Origin: Verrucomicrobiia bacterium
GTDB lineage: Bacteria > Verrucomicrobiota > Verrucomicrobiia > Palsa-1439
NCBI GenBank assembly: GCA_037441425.1
Contig: JBBISF010000004.1
Location: forward strand, 10,215-74,214
Direction: 5' to 3'
DNA: 64,000 nt
The position numbers and the translations under genes were made by a program. Positions 59,627 through 64,000 of the stretch are shown one piece after another (within the stretch, counting starts at the first letter, position 1; the number at the start of each line of letters is the position of its first letter). The notes beneath the pieces were generated by a model. It saw only the letters and a program-made list of their open reading frames with translations. It had not been told where the DNA came from and did no database searches.

Positions 59627-59706
59627 CTTCGGCTGGGGCAGGGGCGTCCTGCGGTTTTCTGCCTTTCCATTTGTCAGGGCCGGGTGCTTGCTTTATTTTG
59701 GTCGTC

Positions 59707-60552
59707 ATGCGCCGTGTGTGGGATCAATCCAGTTTGGCCGGGTCAATCCGGGCGTGGTTCAGCCGTTTCCGTTCGGTCACGCAATTCCTGTTGGTGGCGA
59801 ACTGCGCCGTGTTCATCGTCCAACTGCTGTTCCGGTTTGCCAACAGCGGATGGTTTGACGAGACCTTTTCCTTGAGCGGCGCGGGCTTGCGGCACGGGTT
59901 TGTCTGGCAGCCGGTGACGTACATGTTTTTGCACGGCGGCGTGCTGCACATCCTGATCAACATGCTCGTGTTGTGGTTCATTGGTCGGGAGGTGGAGTTC
60001 TTCATTGGCGCGAAACATTACATGCGGCTGTATTTCCTCGGCGGAATTGCCGGGGCGGCGCTCTGGCTGGCATTCAACTGGCACGAGGGCGCGGTCCTGG
60101 GCGCGTCGGCCGCGATATTGGGGTGTGTCATTGCGTTCGCGACGTTGTTCCCGGAACGGGAGATCACCTTTCTGCTGTGGTTCATCATCCCGATTTCGAT
60201 CAAGGCCAAGTATCTGGCGTGGATTTGCGTGGCGCTCGACGTGGTGCCGCTGCTCGAACACGAGCCGGGGAACGTGGCGCATCTGGCGCATCTGGGCGGG
60301 GCGCTGCTGGGATACGTTTACGTGAAACAACTCGGCTACGGGCCGCCGCCGTTTTGGATGCGGTGGGTGGGGGCGCTCGAGGGCGGGTTGCGCCCGCGCC
60401 GGTCGGAGAACGTTTCGGCGGCGGAGTATATCCGGGAGCAGGTGGATCCGATCCTCGACAAGATCAGCCGGGAAGGGATGCAGAGTTTGACGCGGGAAGA
60501 ACGAGCCATCCTGGATCGGGCGCGCGATTTGATGGAGAAGAAGAAGCGGTGA
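59707..60552 (+). CDS. Rhomboid-family intramembrane serine protease
   Basis: 6 TM core. GASAAILG (GxSG) and AHLGGALLG (catalytic His) motifs. Start moved to ATG 59707 because the track ORF overlaps tRNA-Leu. Confidence 0.75.
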   Translation: MRRVWDQSSLAGSIRAWFSRFRSVTQFLLVANCAVFIVQLLFRFANSGWFDETFSLSGAGLRHGFVWQPVTYMFLHGGVLHILINMLVLWFIGREVEFFIGAKHYMRLYFLGGIAGAALWLAFNWHEGAVLGASAAILGCVIAFATLFPEREITFLLWFIIPISIKAKYLAWICVALDVVPLLEHEPGNVAHLAHLGGALLGYVYVKQLGYGPPPFWMRWVGALEGGLRPRRSENVSAAEYIREQVDPILDKISREGMQSLTREERAILDRARDLMEKKKR

Positions 60553-60587
60553 CCCGGCGAAAAAGAACCCAGACGGTCGCGACAGGA

Positions 60588-63512
60588 ATGTCGCTCCTAC
60601 GACAACCCGGCCTGTCGAAGGCGAGTGCGGAAAAGCTTTTGCGAAATCTCGGTTTCCGCGAGCCGGCCCGGATGCGGGGGGCAATCGGGCGGCTACATGC
60701 GGATGAAATTCAGCGGCGCAGTCTGCGCCGGATCTTCCGGCATCTGCTCGACGCTTGCACCCAGTCAGCCGACCCGGACCGCGCGCTGGTGAACTTCGAG
60801 CGGCTGGTGGCGGCGTTGCCCAACGCGAACATGTTGTATCACTACCTGCACGAGGTGCCGGAAACGCTGGATTTGCTGGTGACGATCTTCGCGCATTCGC
60901 AGGCGCTGGCGGACACGTTGACGCGGGACGCGAAGTTTTTCCATTTTTTGATCTCCCCGGAAATGCTGGCCCAGCCGCGGGAGAAAGGCTGGCTCGATGC
61001 GGAGTTGGCGCGGCTGGTGGCGGGATTGCGGACGCCGACACAGCGGTACGACGCGGTCCGGCGGTTCCGGCGGCGGGAGACGTTGCGGATCGGGGCGCGC
61101 GATCTGGTGGGCCGGGCCACGGTGGCGGAGACGACCCGGGAATTGTCGAACCTCGCGGATGTATGTTTGCAGGCGGTATTTGAGGTTGCGACGGAGAAAC
61201 TAGGGAAGGAGTTCAAGGTTGAACCGGCCGCCGGGTTCGCGGTGATCGGGATGGGGAAACTGGGCGGGCAGGAGTTGAACTACTCGTCGGACGTGGACGT
61301 GATTTTCGTGTACGACGAGGAAGGCGAGTTCAATCCCCGGCTGAGCTATCATGAGTTCTACACGAAACTGGCGGAGGAAATCATCCACGCGGTCGCGGCG
61401 CCGAGCGAGCAGGGGAACATCTTCCGGATTGATTTGCGGTTGCGGCCGGAAGGCAAGAGCGGGCCGTTGGCGCGGTCGCTGGAGAGTTGCGAGAATTATT
61501 ACGCCGAGCACGGTGAGACGTGGGAACGGATGGCGTTGATCAAGGCGCGGTGCGTGGCCGGCGACGCGACGGTGGGGGAGAGTTTCATCCGGATGGTGCA
61601 GCCGTTCATTTACCGGCGGCATACGGGCGAGAACATCATCCGCCAGATGGCGGCACTGAAACAGCGGATCGAACAGGAAATTGTCCGCGACGCACGGCTC
61701 ACCCGGCATGTGAAGCTGGGGATTGGCGGGATCCGCGAGATTGAGTTCATCGTGCAGGCATTTCAGGTGTTGCGCGGCGCGGCGGTGCCGGCGTTGCGGG
61801 AACGCGGCACATTGCGGGCGCTGGAACGGTTGGTGGCGGCGAAGGTGTTGACCGCCGCGGAGGCCCGGCGGTTGGCGGACGCCTACCGGTTTCTGCGGAA
61901 CGTAGAGCACCGGTTGCAGATGGAGATGGAGTTGCAGACGCACACCATCCCGGATGAGGCACAGGCGTTGTACCGGTTGGCGCGCAGTTTGGGGTTCGAG
62001 TCGGTCGAACAATTTCAGGCGGCGCAGCAACAGCACACCGCGGCGGTCCGGCAGATTTACGCGGGCGTGTTGGCCCACGCCGAGACGAGCGCCGCGCCGA
62101 TGCCGGAAGTGACGATTGCGTCGGCGGGATTTGCCGACCCGGTGGCCGCGACGAAGATTCTGGAGAGTTTGGAAAACGGGCCGGGGTTTGTGCATGTGTC
62201 GGCGCGCACGAAGGAATCGTTCCGGCGGTTGTGGCCGACGGTGTTGGCGGTGTGCGGGCGGTTGGCCAACCCGGATGCGGCGTTGGTGAGTTTCGAGAAG
62301 TTCGTGACGGCGTACGGTTCCCGCGGGCTGCTGTATGAGTTGCTGCTGGGAACGCCGAAGTTGCCGGAGATGTTGTTGCGGTTGGGCGACGCGAGCCGGT
62401 TTTTGGCGGAGACGCTGGCGCACCGGCCGGAGTTGTTCGATGAGATTTGCCGGGGCGCGACGCTCAGCGAGCCGAAGAACCGGGAGCGCATGGCGGCGGA
62501 GTTGCAGAGCGTGGTTGGGACACCGGCCGACGCGGCGCGAGTGTGGAAACGCGGGGAGTTGTTGCGGATCGGGATCGAAGACGTGATGGGGTTGGTGGAC
62601 GTCGAACGCGTGCATCAGGAGATGACGCAAGTGGCGGAAGTGTGTCTGGAGTTTGCGGTGGGGAAACAGAAGAAGGGGTTCGCGATCATCGGCCTGGGCA
62701 AGTTCGGCGGACAGGAACTGGGGTACGGCGCGGACCTGGATGTGTTGTTTGTGAGCCGGCAGGACGGGCCGGCGGCGATCAAATTGGCGGCCGAGGTGAT
62801 GGCCTTCATGGAACGTTCGACGGCGGTGGGGACATTGTTCAAGGTTGATCCCCGCCTGCGACCGGATGGGGAGAAAGGGCCGTTGGCGGGTTCGCTGGCG
62901 GCGCATCGGGAGTATTACCGGCAACGGGCACAGTTGTGGGAACGACAGGCGTTGACGAAGGCGCGGTTCGTGGCGGGGGACGAGCGGTTGGGGCGGGAGT
63001 TTATGGAGATGGCGCGCGGTTATGTGTACGGTCAGCCACTGAATCCGGCGGAATGGGAGCAGATCCGGCACATGCGGCGGCGGATTGAGATGGAGCGGGG
63101 TGATCCACAGCACCGGGAATTTGAATTTAAGACGGGGCCGGGCGGGCTGATTGATGTGGAATTTCTGGTGCAGGCCTTGCAGTTGCAGCAGGGGACACGC
63201 TATCAGCAGTTGCAGACGGCGCACACGCTGGCCGCGCTCAATCGGCTCACCGCCCTGAGCGTTTTGGACGACGAGCAGAGTTATCAGTTGCGGCGCGGGT
63301 ATCTGTTTTTGCGGCGTGTGGAATCGGTGTTGCGCCGGGTGGAGAATACGAGCGTGTCGAAAATTTCCAGTGAGCCGCGCGAACAGGAGGTCTTGGCCAA
63401 ACGATTGGGATATATGAACGCAAAGGAGTTTTTGGGAGTCTATCAGCAGATGACGCAACAGATTCGTGCGGTTTACACAGCCATGATGGATCGTTCCGGG
63501 GAGGATGCGTGA
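60588..63512 (+). CDS. glnE: Bifunctional glutamine synthetase adenylyltransferase/adenylyl-removing enzyme
   Basis: Two nucleotidyltransferase modules (GMGKLGGQELNYSSDVDV and GLGKFGGQELGYGADLDV) with GlnE linker regions. ~974 aa from ATG 60588. Confidence 0.85.
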   Translation: MSLLRQPGLSKASAEKLLRNLGFREPARMRGAIGRLHADEIQRRSLRRIFRHLLDACTQSADPDRALVNFERLVAALPNANMLYHYLHEVPETLDLLVTIFAHSQALADTLTRDAKFFHFLISPEMLAQPREKGWLDAELARLVAGLRTPTQRYDAVRRFRRRETLRIGARDLVGRATVAETTRELSNLADVCLQAVFEVATEKLGKEFKVEPAAGFAVIGMGKLGGQELNYSSDVDVIFVYDEEGEFNPRLSYHEFYTKLAEEIIHAVAAPSEQGNIFRIDLRLRPEGKSGPLARSLESCENYYAEHGETWERMALIKARCVAGDATVGESFIRMVQPFIYRRHTGENIIRQMAALKQRIEQEIVRDARLTRHVKLGIGGIREIEFIVQAFQVLRGAAVPALRERGTLRALERLVAAKVLTAAEARRLADAYRFLRNVEHRLQMEMELQTHTIPDEAQALYRLARSLGFESVEQFQAAQQQHTAAVRQIYAGVLAHAETSAAPMPEVTIASAGFADPVAATKILESLENGPGFVHVSARTKESFRRLWPTVLAVCGRLANPDAALVSFEKFVTAYGSRGLLYELLLGTPKLPEMLLRLGDASRFLAETLAHRPELFDEICRGATLSEPKNRERMAAELQSVVGTPADAARVWKRGELLRIGIEDVMGLVDVERVHQEMTQVAEVCLEFAVGKQKKGFAIIGLGKFGGQELGYGADLDVLFVSRQDGPAAIKLAAEVMAFMERSTAVGTLFKVDPRLRPDGEKGPLAGSLAAHREYYRQRAQLWERQALTKARFVAGDERLGREFMEMARGYVYGQPLNPAEWEQIRHMRRRIEMERGDPQHREFEFKTGPGGLIDVEFLVQALQLQQGTRYQQLQTAHTLAALNRLTALSVLDDEQSYQLRRGYLFLRRVESVLRRVENTSVSKISSEPREQEVLAKRLGYMNAKEFLGVYQQMTQQIRAVYTAMMDRSGEDA

Positions 63513-63928
63513 GTCCGCCACCCGCGCCGGGTCGGAAACTGCGGGTCATCGTGGTGGATGACCAGCCGGCTGTGTGTGAAGTCGTGGCGGATTGCGTCAA
63601 ATACGCCGGCCATGACGTCGTCGCCACGGCGCGCGACGGCCTCGAAGCCGTGGCGGGCGCGCAGCAGCACCGGCCCGAACTGGTCATCATGGATGTGGTG
63701 ATGCCGCAGTTGGACGGCGTGGCGGCGATGGAAGCCATCTTGAAAGCCGGCACGGCGCGGTGGGTGGTGTTGATGTCGGGGGAATACCGGTCGCACGGAT
63801 ATACAAAGGCCGGGATGACCCAGCGCGGCGCGACGGCGTTCCTGGAAAAACCATTTGATGTGTCGCAGTTGTTCTCGCTCCTGGATGATTTAGCGGGTCA
63901 AACCGGCCCGGCCCCGGCGGCGTCATGA
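63509..63928 (+). CDS. Single-domain response regulator receiver (CheY-like)
   Basis: VVDD acidic pocket, phospho-acceptor Asp in VIMDVVMP, conserved K in FLEKPF. GTGA overlap with the glnE stop. Confidence 0.7.
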   Translation: MSPPPAPGRKLRVIVVDDQPAVCEVVADCVKYAGHDVVATARDGLEAVAGAQQHRPELVIMDVVMPQLDGVAAMEAILKAGTARWVVLMSGEYRSHGYTKAGMTQRGATAFLEKPFDVSQLFSLLDDLAGQTGPAPAAS

Positions 63929-64000
63929 TCCAGGGTTCCGACGCGCGTTTTTGTCGTGCGCTCCGTGGGTGGGGCTGGTAGTATTCTCCGTTGAAGGTAA

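Noticed and set aside
61200-63521. 773-aa minus-strand ORF, and 59743-61041 (432 aa)
   Set aside because: Antisense to glnE and the rhomboid gene. Arg/Pro-rich translation typical of wrong-frame GC-rich DNA.

Overview
This is a high-GC (~60-65%) bacterial chromosomal segment from a Gram-negative organism (BamA/Skp/LpxD present; phylum not resolvable from sequence, TAT-type signal peptides and a histone-H1-like tail on ribosomal proteins are noted). The first ~22 kb is a housekeeping core. It holds rpoN (minus strand), a TAT-signal metallophosphoesterase, an MBL hydrolase, ald, an M50 protease and a GH20-like hydrolase, then a tightly packed plus-strand run prs-rplY-pth-rpsF-ssb-rpsR-rplI-dnaB-bamA-skp-lpxD-clpB. 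From ~22 kb onward the content is more accessory. There is an FHA protein with a polyproline tail, then a tRNA-Gly, then a secreted trypsin-like protease fused to a WD40 propeller. An msrA-msrB-SDR operon ends in an 844-aa secreted protein with tandem beta-solenoid-type repeats plus HEAT repeats. A GH63-like glucosidase follows. The most notable feature is a ~23 kb glycan biosynthesis and modification locus (32.9-55.9 kb). It contains a CDP-glucose to C-methyl-6-deoxyhexose operon (rfbF, rfbG, TylC3-like C-methyltransferase, RmlC-like epimerase, reductase). It also has two polyprenol-phosphate GT2 synthases, two large YfhO-like GT-C membrane proteins, a Wzx-like flippase, GT9/GT2/GT4 transferases, and an FNR-like reductase coupled to a B12 radical-SAM enzyme. 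There are at least five additional SAM methyltransferases. Downstream come argG and a structured intergenic region, then a low-GC islet. The islet has a secreted protein carrying a G7 slip tract, a membrane protein and a decayed integrase N-terminus next to tRNA-Lys and tRNA-Leu. A rhomboid protease, glnE and an orphan receiver domain close the window. Coordinates follow the supplied ORF track; positions I derived by reading the printed sequence may be off by 1-2 nt.
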